Assembly (NCBI GenBank): GCA_052035405.1
Contig: JBPOHQ010000003.1
Span: 5,878 to 69,877, forward strand
Direction of reading: 5' to 3'
Source: Candidatus Nomurabacteria bacterium
Lineage (GTDB): Bacteria > Patescibacteriota > Minisyncoccia > Phycocordibacterales > UBA9973
Length of the DNA stretch: 64,000 nucleotides
Each line of letters begins with the position of its first letter. The first letter of the stretch is position 1. Of the stretch, positions 8,599-17,834 are shown piece after piece. Both the position numbers and the translations under genes were made by a program. A model generated the notes under the pieces. That model was not told the DNA's origin. It made no database searches and worked only from the letters and a program-made list of their open reading frames with translations.

Positions 8599-9771
8599 AT
8601 GTCTTCCTCAAAGAAATTTTATAGTCGTTTACCAGTAGTTCATTATTCTCTGAACCAACTGCTTCGTCATACTAATGAATTTCAATCTATACCAGATGAC
8701 TGGTTTGTTATACTTACCGACATAGTAAATTCAACTGAGCACTTTAAAGATGAGAGATACCAAGAAGTAAATTTTGTAGCGGTCGCTGGAGCAAGTATTG
8801 TTTTAAATGAAGCACACCTACATAGAATCCATGTTCCTTTTGTTTATGGTGGTGATGGAGTGACCGTATTTGTGCCTCCAGCCTTAGTGCCTTCTCTTAA
8901 AACAAAACTTGCTACGTTAAGATCAAACGCCCATAAACGTTTCGGAATGAATTTAAGAATATCTGTAATTCCAGTCTCTGAGATTTATAAAGCCGGTTTT
9001 TCTATAAGGACTGCAAAGCTGTATATATCAAAGAGCTACAATCAATCAATATTTCTAGGAGAGGGTATAAGATATGCAGAATCTCTTATGAAAAAAACTG
9101 AGGAGTATTTATTACCACAACATATAAAACAAAGACCTATAGATCTTTCTGGGCTTGAGTGTAAATGGAACGCTCTTTTCCCGCCAAGGTCTGGAGATGA
9201 AATACTTTCCCTTATTGTTTTACCTCACGGTCATCGAGAGCCCGAGGAAGTGTTTCACGATGTGTTGGAAAAAATAGACGAACTTTATGGTACCTTTGCA
9301 GAAAGACATCCAATACATTCTAAAACCCTCTCTCCAACAACAAACATGAAAACTATACTTCATGCTTCTCATTTAAAATATGGAAGCACTAACATTTACT
9401 ACGTTGTTGGGAATTTACTTTTTGGGATTTATAAGTCTATACGTATTCATTTAAAAGATGCGTTATATTCAATATTTAAATCAAGAAGCATGCCAGAGAT
9501 GTCTACTTCATCTGATACTTTAAAAATTGATAATACAATGAAAACTATATTTGCTGGTGCTCCAGAACAAAGACCTAAACTCATTAAATGGTTAGCAGAA
9601 CAAGAAAAGAAAGGAGAATTATTTTACGGCATTAATGTTGCAAACTCATCAATGATGACTTGTTATATTAAAAATTCTCAAGATAATCACGTACGTTTCT
9701 TAGATGGTTTTGGAGGAGGGTATACACTCGCTTCTATAGAATTAAAAAAGAAATTAAAAAGATTAAATTGA
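8599..9771 (+). CDS. DUF3095-like protein with class III nucleotidyl-cyclase-like N-terminal fold
   Basis: ILTDIVNST (cf. cyclase LFADIVGFT), YGGDGV, LRISV, GEGIRYAESL (cf. G..VN.AARLE). No TM segments. Confidence 0.45.
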   Translation: MSSSKKFYSRLPVVHYSLNQLLRHTNEFQSIPDDWFVILTDIVNSTEHFKDERYQEVNFVAVAGASIVLNEAHLHRIHVPFVYGGDGVTVFVPPALVPSLKTKLATLRSNAHKRFGMNLRISVIPVSEIYKAGFSIRTAKLYISKSYNQSIFLGEGIRYAESLMKKTEEYLLPQHIKQRPIDLSGLECKWNALFPPRSGDEILSLIVLPHGHREPEEVFHDVLEKIDELYGTFAERHPIHSKTLSPTTNMKTILHASHLKYGSTNIYYVVGNLLFGIYKSIRIHLKDALYSIFKSRSMPEMSTSSDTLKIDNTMKTIFAGAPEQRPKLIKWLAEQEKKGELFYGINVANSSMMTCYIKNSQDNHVRFLDGFGGGYTLASIELKKKLKRLN

Positions 9772-9785
9772 TTGAGTATATCTAG

Positions 9786-12095
9786 ATGAAAGAAAACTTG
9801 AAGTTAGCAAGAGTAATATTGTGGGAGCAGGTATCGTCACTCTTTTTTGTGTTGCTTGTTGTTTCTGCTGGTGTCTCATTTTTCTTAGGTGAAAAAGTAG
9901 ATGGGATTATTATTGCAGTTATTATTTTTATAAATACACTTTTGGGTTTTATTCAAGAATATAAAGCATCAAAAGCTTCTGAACAATTACTGCACCTTAT
10001 AGAAACAAAAGTATATGTCTTGCGAGCAGGGAATCTCGTTATGGTGAAGACCAGCGACTTGGTGTTGGGAGATGTTGTACACCTCGTACCTGGATCTATT
10101 GTTCCTGTAGATATAGAAATTATAGAAGCTGATAATGCATTTATAGATGATTCTGTTCGCACCGGAGAGAGTCTGCCAAAGGAAGTCTTCATGGGAGAGA
10201 GACTTTTTTCTGGAGCTGTCGTTACAACAGGTAAAATAATCGGACAGGTGATACAGATAGGGGATGAGTCTTCACTCTCTAAATATCGAGCCAAACTAGA
10301 ATCAGTAAAAAAATGGAGTAGTTTTAATGTGTTTACTGAAAAAGTTATTAAATACATTTTCATTATTTCTTTAGCGACACTAATTATCTCAATGTTTTTT
10401 TTGGTTGTGTATATGAGTAAATACAGCTTGTTACATTTCTTCGTTTTTGCGATTGCAATGCTTGTCGGTGTTGTTCCAGAAGTCTTGCCGCTCATTGTTA
10501 CTATAATTCTAACTCGAGAATCTATATCACTTTCAGAAAATAAAGTTATAGTAAAAAGACTTTCTTCTCTAGAGAGTCTGGGTGCTATTTCTTTTCTTTT
10601 AACAGACAAGACTGGTACAATTACAGAAAATAAATTGCGTGTTGCTGCTGTTACTGACATACATAATTTTTGGGAAAATTCAAACTATATTTCTGAAGGT
10701 CAGTATGAGCGTACTGGACTTGATGCAGTGTATGATGAAGCCCTAAATCAATCTATTGGTAAAATAAAAACTAACTCAAGAACTATTAAATATTTTGATC
10801 CTTTCGATAGATTACTAGGTTATGAAGTTTTCGTAATTGAAGGTGGCGTAAAGATTGCTCGAGGTATTGCTTCTAAGATTTTTAGTTTGTGCAAAAGAAC
10901 TCCAGAGAAAATATTAAAATCTGCTCTGGAATATGAAAAGAAAGGGATGAGGGTTATCGCTCTAGCAGAGGGTCAAGCAGGAGAATGGACTTTTTCCGGT
11001 TTTGTGGCTTTTGTAGATCCGATTAAAGACACTTCAGCCGCTTCTCTAAAACTTGCAGCGGATCGAGGTATTCAAGTAAAGATTCTTACTGGAGATTCAA
11101 AAGAGGTTGGTTTAAACGTTGCAAATGAACTACATCTCATTAAAGATAATAAAAGTGTTATTTCGTTCGATGATGTTCGTGTGGCAGATTTATCAGATAA
11201 AGATTTAATCCATGCGACGCTTTTTGCACGATGTACCCCAGAGAATAAATTAGAGTTAATTGATAGATATTTGAAAATAGGTCCAGTAGCTTTTTTGGGT
11301 GATGGTATCAATGACGCACTTGCTTTGAAGAGAGCTGACGTGGGTATCGCAGTAGATAATGCGACCGACATAGCAAAAGAATCGTCCGATATTATTTTAT
11401 TAGAAAAAGATCTTGGTCCAATACTCAAAAGTATTTCTACTGGACGTAGAGCACTGCGAAACATTTTGACGTATATTATGTACACTCTCTCTGGGAATGC
11501 TGGAACATTTTTTTCTCTTCTTGTTGCATCATTTTTTTATCCTGTTTTGCCGATGCTTCCTATTCAAATTCTTTTAAATAATCTGCTCACCGATTTACCA
11601 CTTATGCTTATTATCACTGACAATCCTGATGAATACGCACTTCGCCATGTGCCGCATTTTGAACCCAAAAAGATCATGCAACGAGTGTTTATTTTTGGTG
11701 TTGTGTCCAGTGTCTTTGATTTACTTTATTTTCAGCTCTATAAAAATGCGAATGTTGCAGAATTCCAAACAGGTTGGTTTGTACTCTCTATTCTCGCTGA
11801 ACTCATTCTTATACTTTCTATTAGATCTTCACGTTTTGTATTTAAGTCTCCAGCACTTTCAATACCACTTCTAACTGGTATTGTGATATCTGCAGTGCTA
11901 CCTTTCTTGTTTATATACAATCCTTCTTTAGCTGCTATTTTTAAGTTTGCTCCGTTATCACTCTCTACAGTACTCGTGATTTGTGGCATGATTGTTACAT
12001 ATAGCATTACTAATGAAATAGTAAAGTATTTTATGAGAAAGAAAAATCTATACAATAAACCTACTCCCATTTTGTTCTCTCATTCTAAAAGTTAG
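9786..12095 (+). CDS. P-type cation-transporting ATPase (P2/P3-type, Mg2+/Ca2+-like)
   Basis: TGES, DKTGTITENK phosphorylation site, TGDSKEVG, GDGINDALALKRADVGIAV. ~10 TM segments. Confidence 0.85.
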   Translation: MKENLKLARVILWEQVSSLFFVLLVVSAGVSFFLGEKVDGIIIAVIIFINTLLGFIQEYKASKASEQLLHLIETKVYVLRAGNLVMVKTSDLVLGDVVHLVPGSIVPVDIEIIEADNAFIDDSVRTGESLPKEVFMGERLFSGAVVTTGKIIGQVIQIGDESSLSKYRAKLESVKKWSSFNVFTEKVIKYIFIISLATLIISMFFLVVYMSKYSLLHFFVFAIAMLVGVVPEVLPLIVTIILTRESISLSENKVIVKRLSSLESLGAISFLLTDKTGTITENKLRVAAVTDIHNFWENSNYISEGQYERTGLDAVYDEALNQSIGKIKTNSRTIKYFDPFDRLLGYEVFVIEGGVKIARGIASKIFSLCKRTPEKILKSALEYEKKGMRVIALAEGQAGEWTFSGFVAFVDPIKDTSAASLKLAADRGIQVKILTGDSKEVGLNVANELHLIKDNKSVISFDDVRVADLSDKDLIHATLFARCTPENKLELIDRYLKIGPVAFLGDGINDALALKRADVGIAVDNATDIAKESSDIILLEKDLGPILKSISTGRRALRNILTYIMYTLSGNAGTFFSLLVASFFYPVLPMLPIQILLNNLLTDLPLMLIITDNPDEYALRHVPHFEPKKIMQRVFIFGVVSSVFDLLYFQLYKNANVAEFQTGWFVLSILAELILILSIRSSRFVFKSPALSIPLLTGIVISAVLPFLFIYNPSLAAIFKFAPLSLSTVLVICGMIVTYSITNEIVKYFMRKKNLYNKPTPILFSHSKS

Positions 12096-12110
12096 TGATA
12101 TAGTGTAGGT

Positions 12111-13895
12111 ATGACATTTTTATTTATATCGTTTATTGCAGGAGTTTTGACAATTCTTGCACCGTGCATATTACCACTTTTACCTGTTATCGTAGGTCAC
12201 TCAATTAGCGACGCCACGCCGAGCAAGAGAAGACTTTTGGTTGTTGTAGCATCTCTCAGTTTTTCAATTATTCTCTTCACTTTAATTCTCAAAGTAAGTA
12301 CATTATTTGTGGATATTCCACAAGATTTTTGGAAATGGATTTCTGGAGGAATTATCTTCTTTTTTGGTTTAACCATGATTTTCCCATCCATATGGGAGAG
12401 GTTTTCTCTTGCGAATACGTTATCAATGAAATCAAACCAAGTTCTCACTAAGGGCTATCAGAAAGACAGTATTTGGGGTGATGTAATCATCGGAGCATCC
12501 CTTGGTCCGATTTTCTCTGCATGCAGTCCAACATATTTTGTAATTCTTGCAACGGTATTACCAGTAAGTTTGTTTTTGGGAATTGTATATTTACTTGCTT
12601 ATGTATTAGGTCTTTCTCTGTCTTTGGTATTAATTGCTCTTTTAGGGGAAGGTATTATGGCTCGGGTCGGTAAGGTGTCAGATCCTAGAGGATGGTTTAA
12701 AAAAATCTTTGGTGTTATTTTTATTCTTGTTGCTGTTGGAATTATTACTGGGTATGACAAAAAGCTTCAAATTAGCCTACTTGATGCTGGGTTTTTTGAT
12801 GTAACTAAAGTTGAACAAAAACTACTAGATAGCTCAGAAAACAAAAGTCCTGAAGGGGTTGTGAGTGAGGTAAAAGATGAAAACACAAATAGTGAAGATG
12901 TTGCGTTGGATACGTCAGAAACTATTAAAGAAAATAGAAATGAAAAATTTCTAACACTAGCAGAAAAAAGTAAAAAATATATCCTTGCTCCAGATATCAG
13001 TACGCCTGATGGGTTTATAAATACCAACGATCTCCCCGTTACTATAGCAGGATATAAAGGTAAGAAGGTGGTGTTACTCGATATTTGGACATACAGCTGT
13101 ATTAATTGTCAGCGGACTATTCCATATCTCAATCAGTGGTACAAATCATACGAAGATGATGGACTCGTGATCATCGGACTTCATACTCCAGAATTCTCTT
13201 TTGAAAGAGTACAGAAAAATGTTGAGGAAGCGGTCAAAGATTTTAATATCAAATACCCAGTAGTGCTTGATAATGATTTCTCAACATGGGAAGCATACAA
13301 AAATCAATATTGGCCGAGAAAATATCTTATAGACATAGATGGATACATTGTGTATGACCATGCTGGAGAAGGGCAGTATAAGGAAACTGAGATTGCAATA
13401 CAGAAAGCTCTTCGTGAAAAGAGTGCGAGACTTGGAGAAAACATGGATATAGGTACATCAACTTCACTTGTCTCTCCGATCGCTGTCGACTTTGGTAAAG
13501 TAAAAAGCCCTGAGATATATTTTGGAGCATTTAGAAATACTGATTTAGCCAATGGTACAGCGAGCAAGGTTGGAAGTCAGAGCTTAACTATTCCAGAAGA
13601 AATTATAAAGAATAAATTATACTTGGGTGGCACTTGGAATATTACTACGGAAACAGCTCAAAATACTGGAGGAGAAGTGGTATTTAAATATGAAGCAAAG
13701 AACGTATATATGGTAGCAAGTTCTGATCTGGGGGCGGTGATAGAAGTATACTTAGATGGAAAGCTCTACAAGAATTTAAATATTCAAAATGAAACACTAT
13801 ACAAGATTGTTGAAGGAGATTCTTACGGAGAACATACATTGAAAATAAAGATTAAATCAGGTACATTAAAAGCATTTACCTTTACCTTTGGTTAA
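12111..13895 (+). CDS. DipZ-like fusion: CcdA/DsbD transmembrane thiol-disulfide transporter + TlpA/ResA-type thioredoxin + C-terminal beta-rich domain
   Basis: N-terminal LAPCILPLLPVIVGH...CSP CcdA motifs. Redoxin CxxC (WTYSCINCQRTIPYL). Extra ~130-aa C-terminal domain as in mycobacterial DipZ. Confidence 0.75.
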   Translation: MTFLFISFIAGVLTILAPCILPLLPVIVGHSISDATPSKRRLLVVVASLSFSIILFTLILKVSTLFVDIPQDFWKWISGGIIFFFGLTMIFPSIWERFSLANTLSMKSNQVLTKGYQKDSIWGDVIIGASLGPIFSACSPTYFVILATVLPVSLFLGIVYLLAYVLGLSLSLVLIALLGEGIMARVGKVSDPRGWFKKIFGVIFILVAVGIITGYDKKLQISLLDAGFFDVTKVEQKLLDSSENKSPEGVVSEVKDENTNSEDVALDTSETIKENRNEKFLTLAEKSKKYILAPDISTPDGFINTNDLPVTIAGYKGKKVVLLDIWTYSCINCQRTIPYLNQWYKSYEDDGLVIIGLHTPEFSFERVQKNVEEAVKDFNIKYPVVLDNDFSTWEAYKNQYWPRKYLIDIDGYIVYDHAGEGQYKETEIAIQKALREKSARLGENMDIGTSTSLVSPIAVDFGKVKSPEIYFGAFRNTDLANGTASKVGSQSLTIPEEIIKNKLYLGGTWNITTETAQNTGGEVVFKYEAKNVYMVASSDLGAVIEVYLDGKLYKNLNIQNETLYKIVEGDSYGEHTLKIKIKSGTLKAFTFTFG

Positions 13896-13915
13896 AAAGA
13901 TATTAGAATAGCTCA

Positions 13916-14371
13916 ATGATTTCAGAAGATATTATAGCTCGTATAGGTATCGCCTTTTTAGGTCTTTGCGGCTTTTTGGTTGCACGACATATTTATAAAG
14001 AAAAGAGAGCAGATAGACCCCTCATCTGTCCGATGCATTTTGATTGCAATGCTGTGGTAAGTAGTGACTACTCAAAATTCTTTGGCATACCGCTTGAAAT
14101 ATTTGGTATGGTGTATTATGCTTGTGTATTTATTGGGTATATATTTTTATCTTTTTTGTCCGAAGTATTACCAAATATGTTAGTCAGCTCTCTTGTTCTA
14201 GTATCTATAGCAGCCTTCCTTTTTTCTGTATATCTTATATTTGTGCAGAGTTTTATTCTGAAAAAGTTTTGTACTTGGTGCCTCGTCTCAGCAGGTATTT
14301 GTGTGATGATTTTTGGACTTACACTCGTAGCATACGACTTCTCAAGCCTTGCAGGGATTTATATAAAATAA
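13916..14371 (+). CDS. Vitamin K epoxide reductase (VKOR) family disulfide oxidoreductase
   Basis: Loop cysteine pair CPMHFDC plus TM CxxC (CTWC) in a 5-TM protein. Confidence 0.65.
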   Translation: MISEDIIARIGIAFLGLCGFLVARHIYKEKRADRPLICPMHFDCNAVVSSDYSKFFGIPLEIFGMVYYACVFIGYIFLSFLSEVLPNMLVSSLVLVSIAAFLFSVYLIFVQSFILKKFCTWCLVSAGICVMIFGLTLVAYDFSSLAGIYIK

Positions 14372-14439
14372 AAAAGCCATCGAATATACACGCGGGGTGT
14401 GGTTATTCGATGGCATAATTTAACGGGGATAGATAGATT

Positions 14440-14660
14440 AAAAATGGTTTTTTGAGGTAATCCTTACCCGTTACACTTAAGCATATGTTGCTTAAGTGCT
14501 TCATTATTTTCGAATGAAGCACCGCATATGCATGAGAATCCGGGCTCATCTGAACCAACAGATGATTGAACAAGTGCCAGTCCTAACCCGTGACTGGTAA
14601 GGGGGGCTTTACGGGATGCCCAGCCGTGCTTGAAATAAAACAACATAATAAAATGATTTA
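14440..14660 (+). ncRNA. rnpB: GC-rich structured RNA with RNase P RNA-like motifs (candidate rnpB, possibly reduced; boundaries uncertain)
   Basis: 14533-14549 GAGAATCCGGGCTCA vs CR-I AGGAAAGUCCGGGCUCC. 14582-14612 AAGTGCCAGTCCTAACCCGTGACTGGTAAGGGGGG vs E. coli M1 GGGUGCCAGGUAACGCCUGGGGGGG. Three hairpins upstream (ggtaatccttacc; cacttaagca...tgcttaagtg; cttcatt...aatgaag). No matching P4 3' strand found. Confidence 0.4.
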
Positions 14661-14725
14661 ATTTTTTAAAAAGCCAAAGAGTCTAGCTACTTAAAGAATA
14701 AAACCATTTAAAATTTAAAAGAACA

Positions 14726-14774
14726 AAAACGAAACCCTTGATTTCTCAAGGGCTCGTGTTTCGTTTCTTTTTTA
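14726..14774 (+). terminator. Extended hairpin + T-tract (terminator-like)
   Basis: aaacgaaacccttga...tcaagggctcgtgtttcgttt followed by CTTTTTT. Confidence 0.55.
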
Positions 14775-15032
14775 GTATTCTTACTTTAGAAAAAAATTAA
14801 ACATGAACCTTTGAGATCTCTGTCTTAAAAAAAGACAGGAGCTTAATAATAGCGAAGACGGAAATCTCTCGGTGGTTGGTCGCTATTAAGTTTACTTTGT
14901 TTAATATCATTACTTTCATAGTAAACACCCAAAATTAACTCTAGTCAATACCCTCAATCGAAAGTTATCCACACCCTCTCCTTAGCAAACTAGGGGGTCC
15001 ACAGCCTTATTCCCATATGTTATTATGTTTTT

Positions 15033-17648
15033 ATGGAAAATTTCAAACAACTCTGGTCTTTATCAGTAGATAAGTCTTTAGAAATGATCAACTCTAGTCA
15101 TGAAGGACTTGCTGATAAAGAAGCAGAAGAACGTCTTTTGAGGTATGGTAAGAATGCTTTCTCTGATAAAGAGAAAAAAGGCCCTTTTCCAATATTCTTA
15201 AAGCAATTTGTAAGCCCTCTTATTTTTCTTCTTATCGGTGCTGCTACTCTAACTGCTATTTTACAAGAATGGATAGATACTGGGGTTATTATTTTTGCAG
15301 TACTCTTAAACGTGGTTCTTGGTTTTTACCATGAATATCATGCAGAGAACACTCTGGATAAACTGACTACGTATATCAAGGACCGTTCAAGGGTAATACG
15401 AAATGGTCATGAACAAGAGATAGATTCTTCGCTTATTGTTCCTGGAGATATTCTTAAGCTCTCATATGGTTCTCGTATCCCAGCGGACGCTCGTATCCTG
15501 AGTGTAAACAATCTACGAGTAGATGAGGCAATCCTTACTGGAGAATCTTTGCCTATTGAAAAGAATGAAAATACCGTGCCATTAACTGCAGAAATTGTTG
15601 ATAGAAGTAATATTGCTCATGCGGGGACGCTCGTGGTAGAGGGGTATGCAACTGCTCTCGTGTATGCGACAGGGAATCACACAGAGATAGGTAAAATTGC
15701 AGGAATAGTTTCTAGTGTCGAACGCACAGAAACACCGCTTCAAAAAAGTGTGAACAAACTCGCTTGGTTTATCTTTATTTTAGTTATAGGTATTGTTATT
15801 GGTATTTTAATTTTGGGTCTCTTCCGAGGGCAGCCATTGTTGCCTATGCTCCTCTTAGCATCTGCTGTCGCAGTCGGTGCGGTGCCTGAAGCTTTACCCA
15901 TTGCACTTACTGTGATTTTAGCTATTGGTGCGACTCGTATTGCTAACAAAAAGGGTATCATACGCAAACTTTCTGCAGCGGAGACTCTTGGTTCTGCAAC
16001 ACTTATTATGACTGATAAAACTGGTACCTTAACCATGGCAGATATGCAGCTTGTGGGTATTAGCGAAGTTGCTTCAGTCATAGACACAGGAGCAAAAGTT
16101 TTACAGGATGGCTTTAACGAGGAAGAAAAAAGACTCCTCGCAATGTCTTTATCTAATGTCGATGTTTCTATTGAAAACCCAGACGAGTCAGAAAATATCT
16201 GGAATTTTAAAGGAAGACCTTTTGAGGTTAATATCGTTAAGGCTTGTAGAGAAAATTCCATACCGATAGATAGAATTTTGTCTACCTCTTCTTCTTTGGT
16301 TTTACCTTTTAATTCAACAAATAAGTTTTCTGTTTCAGACAATGGGGATTTTTATACCGTGATGGGTGCACCGGATATTCTTCTAAAGAAATCTGATATA
16401 TCAAAAGAGGATTATGTAAAAATGGAAGAATGGATTGAGCGTACAAGTCGAGAAGGAAAGAGGCTGATCGGTCTTGCGAGTTTTAAAAAGAAACACGGAC
16501 ATCCAAAATTTGAAATCTCTGAAGTAGAGAATATTACTTTTTTAGGTATGCTTGTTTTTTTTGATCCTATACGTGAAGAAGTACCAAAAGCTATTAAAAA
16601 TATAGAGTCTCATGGAATGAAGATTGTGTTAGTAACTGGGGACTTACCTGGTACTGCACTATCAGTCGCTCGAGATTTGGATTGGCATGTTACTGAAGAA
16701 GAGGTGTTGGTAGGAAGTGACTTGAGAAAAATGTCTGACGAAGAATTGTTGCCACTTATTCCAGATATAAAAATCTTTGCTCGAGTAACTCCTGAAGATA
16801 AACTCCGTATCGGAACTTTGTATCAAAAACTTGGCGAAGTTGTCGCAATGACAGGGGACGGAGTGAATGATGCACCATCGCTTAAGGCTATGGATATAGG
16901 TATCTCACTCGGCTCAGGGTCTGATGTTGCTAAGTCTGCTGCAGATTTGGTTTTACTTGATGATAACTTTGAGACTATTTCTATGGCGATAGATGAAGGA
17001 CGAAAAATTTTGGCAAATGTAAGAAAGACGTTTGTGTATCTTATGTCTAACTCTCTAGATGAAGTTTTCGTGATAGGAGGAAGTTTAATTTTTAATCTTG
17101 CTTTACCTCTAACTGCCTTGCAGATAATCTGGGTAAATTTATTTACCGGTAGTCTACCTGCACTTTCTTTTGCTTTTGATGAAGATATAGATAAAGAACG
17201 ATACTCAGGAAAGGATTTAAGACTTATCTTTACTACAGAGGTTAAAGTACTGACTCTAGGAATAGGGGTATTAAGTTCTTTGTTTTTATTCTTACTGTAC
17301 TATTTCCTTGTGAATATCCATTTAGATTTAGACGTCGCTCGGTCAATTTTCTTTGTTTGTTTTTCTTCTTATATTTTAGCTATTACGCTCTGTTTTCGAA
17401 GTTTACGTAGCTCTATCTTTTCTTATGCCGTTTTTTCAAATAAGAAATTAAATATAAGTTTACTTATTTCCTTAGCTCTTTTGATATTTACAATGTCTGT
17501 GCCTTTCATGAGAGATACATTTTCTCTTGCTCCAATGCCAATAGCATGGATCCCTTTTGTGATTATTTGGTTGATATTGAATATTGTGTTAGTGGAAGGT
17601 TCAAAGTGGATTATGAGGAAAAGTAAAAAATTGCCTTTTAAAAAGTAG
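15033..17648 (+). CDS. P-type ATPase, Ca2+/Mg2+-transporting type (P2-like) with cation-ATPase N-terminal domain
   Basis: TGESLPIEK, DKTGTLTMADMQ, TGDLPGTA, GDGVNDAPSLKAMDIGISLGSGSDVAKSAADLVLLDDNF. 10 TM segments. Confidence 0.88.
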   Translation: MENFKQLWSLSVDKSLEMINSSHEGLADKEAEERLLRYGKNAFSDKEKKGPFPIFLKQFVSPLIFLLIGAATLTAILQEWIDTGVIIFAVLLNVVLGFYHEYHAENTLDKLTTYIKDRSRVIRNGHEQEIDSSLIVPGDILKLSYGSRIPADARILSVNNLRVDEAILTGESLPIEKNENTVPLTAEIVDRSNIAHAGTLVVEGYATALVYATGNHTEIGKIAGIVSSVERTETPLQKSVNKLAWFIFILVIGIVIGILILGLFRGQPLLPMLLLASAVAVGAVPEALPIALTVILAIGATRIANKKGIIRKLSAAETLGSATLIMTDKTGTLTMADMQLVGISEVASVIDTGAKVLQDGFNEEEKRLLAMSLSNVDVSIENPDESENIWNFKGRPFEVNIVKACRENSIPIDRILSTSSSLVLPFNSTNKFSVSDNGDFYTVMGAPDILLKKSDISKEDYVKMEEWIERTSREGKRLIGLASFKKKHGHPKFEISEVENITFLGMLVFFDPIREEVPKAIKNIESHGMKIVLVTGDLPGTALSVARDLDWHVTEEEVLVGSDLRKMSDEELLPLIPDIKIFARVTPEDKLRIGTLYQKLGEVVAMTGDGVNDAPSLKAMDIGISLGSGSDVAKSAADLVLLDDNFETISMAIDEGRKILANVRKTFVYLMSNSLDEVFVIGGSLIFNLALPLTALQIIWVNLFTGSLPALSFAFDEDIDKERYSGKDLRLIFTTEVKVLTLGIGVLSSLFLFLLYYFLVNIHLDLDVARSIFFVCFSSYILAITLCFRSLRSSIFSYAVFSNKKLNISLLISLALLIFTMSVPFMRDTFSLAPMPIAWIPFVIIWLILNIVLVEGSKWIMRKSKKLPFKK

Positions 17649-17687
17649 CATTTATTCTTTTTTTTTGTTATAACTATCTTGTTGTAT

Positions 17688-17760
17688 GGTGGTTATGGTG
17701 TAGCGGTAGCACATGGGCTTGTGGAGCCCCTAGTCTGGGTTCAACTCCCAGTAGCCACCC
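17688..17760 (+). tRNA. tRNA-His (anticodon GTG) with G-1
   Basis: Extra 5' G pairing with C73. Acceptor GTGGTTA/TAGCCAC, anticodon loop TTGTGGA, T-arm CTGGG-TTCAACT-CCCAG. Confidence 0.85.
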
Positions 17761-17771
17761 AAGTAATAAAT

Positions 17772-17800
17772 AAAAAAGCGTCTTTAGACGCTTTTTTATT
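17772..17800 (+). terminator. Rho-independent terminator
   Basis: gcgtctttagacgc + TTTTTTATTT. Confidence 0.7.
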
Positions 17801-17834
17801 TACCAAAATGCTTTTCTGGTTGTATAATAACTGC

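Noticed and set aside
9953-10660. 235-aa antisense ORF inside the first P-type ATPase (similarly 15740..16342 inside the second, and 11072..11485)
   Set aside because: Fully embedded antisense to strongly supported P-type ATPase genes. Low-complexity S/T/I-rich translation typical of antisense frames in AT-rich DNA.
14464-14646. 60-aa minus-strand ORF with a Cys/His pattern (C2H2-like)
   Set aside because: Lies entirely within a GC-rich, hairpin-dense region that looks like a structured RNA (RNase P-like motifs on the plus strand). No RBS or operon context. An ORF is expected by chance in GC-rich RNA genes.
14560-14660. tmRNA candidate (GGGGGGCTTTACGGGATGCCC resembles the tmRNA 5' GGGG...ACGG...UUCGAC)
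   Set aside because: No tRNA-like 3' end (GGUUCGAnUCC...CCACCA) anywhere downstream and no tag-peptide reading frame. RNase P-like motifs fit better.
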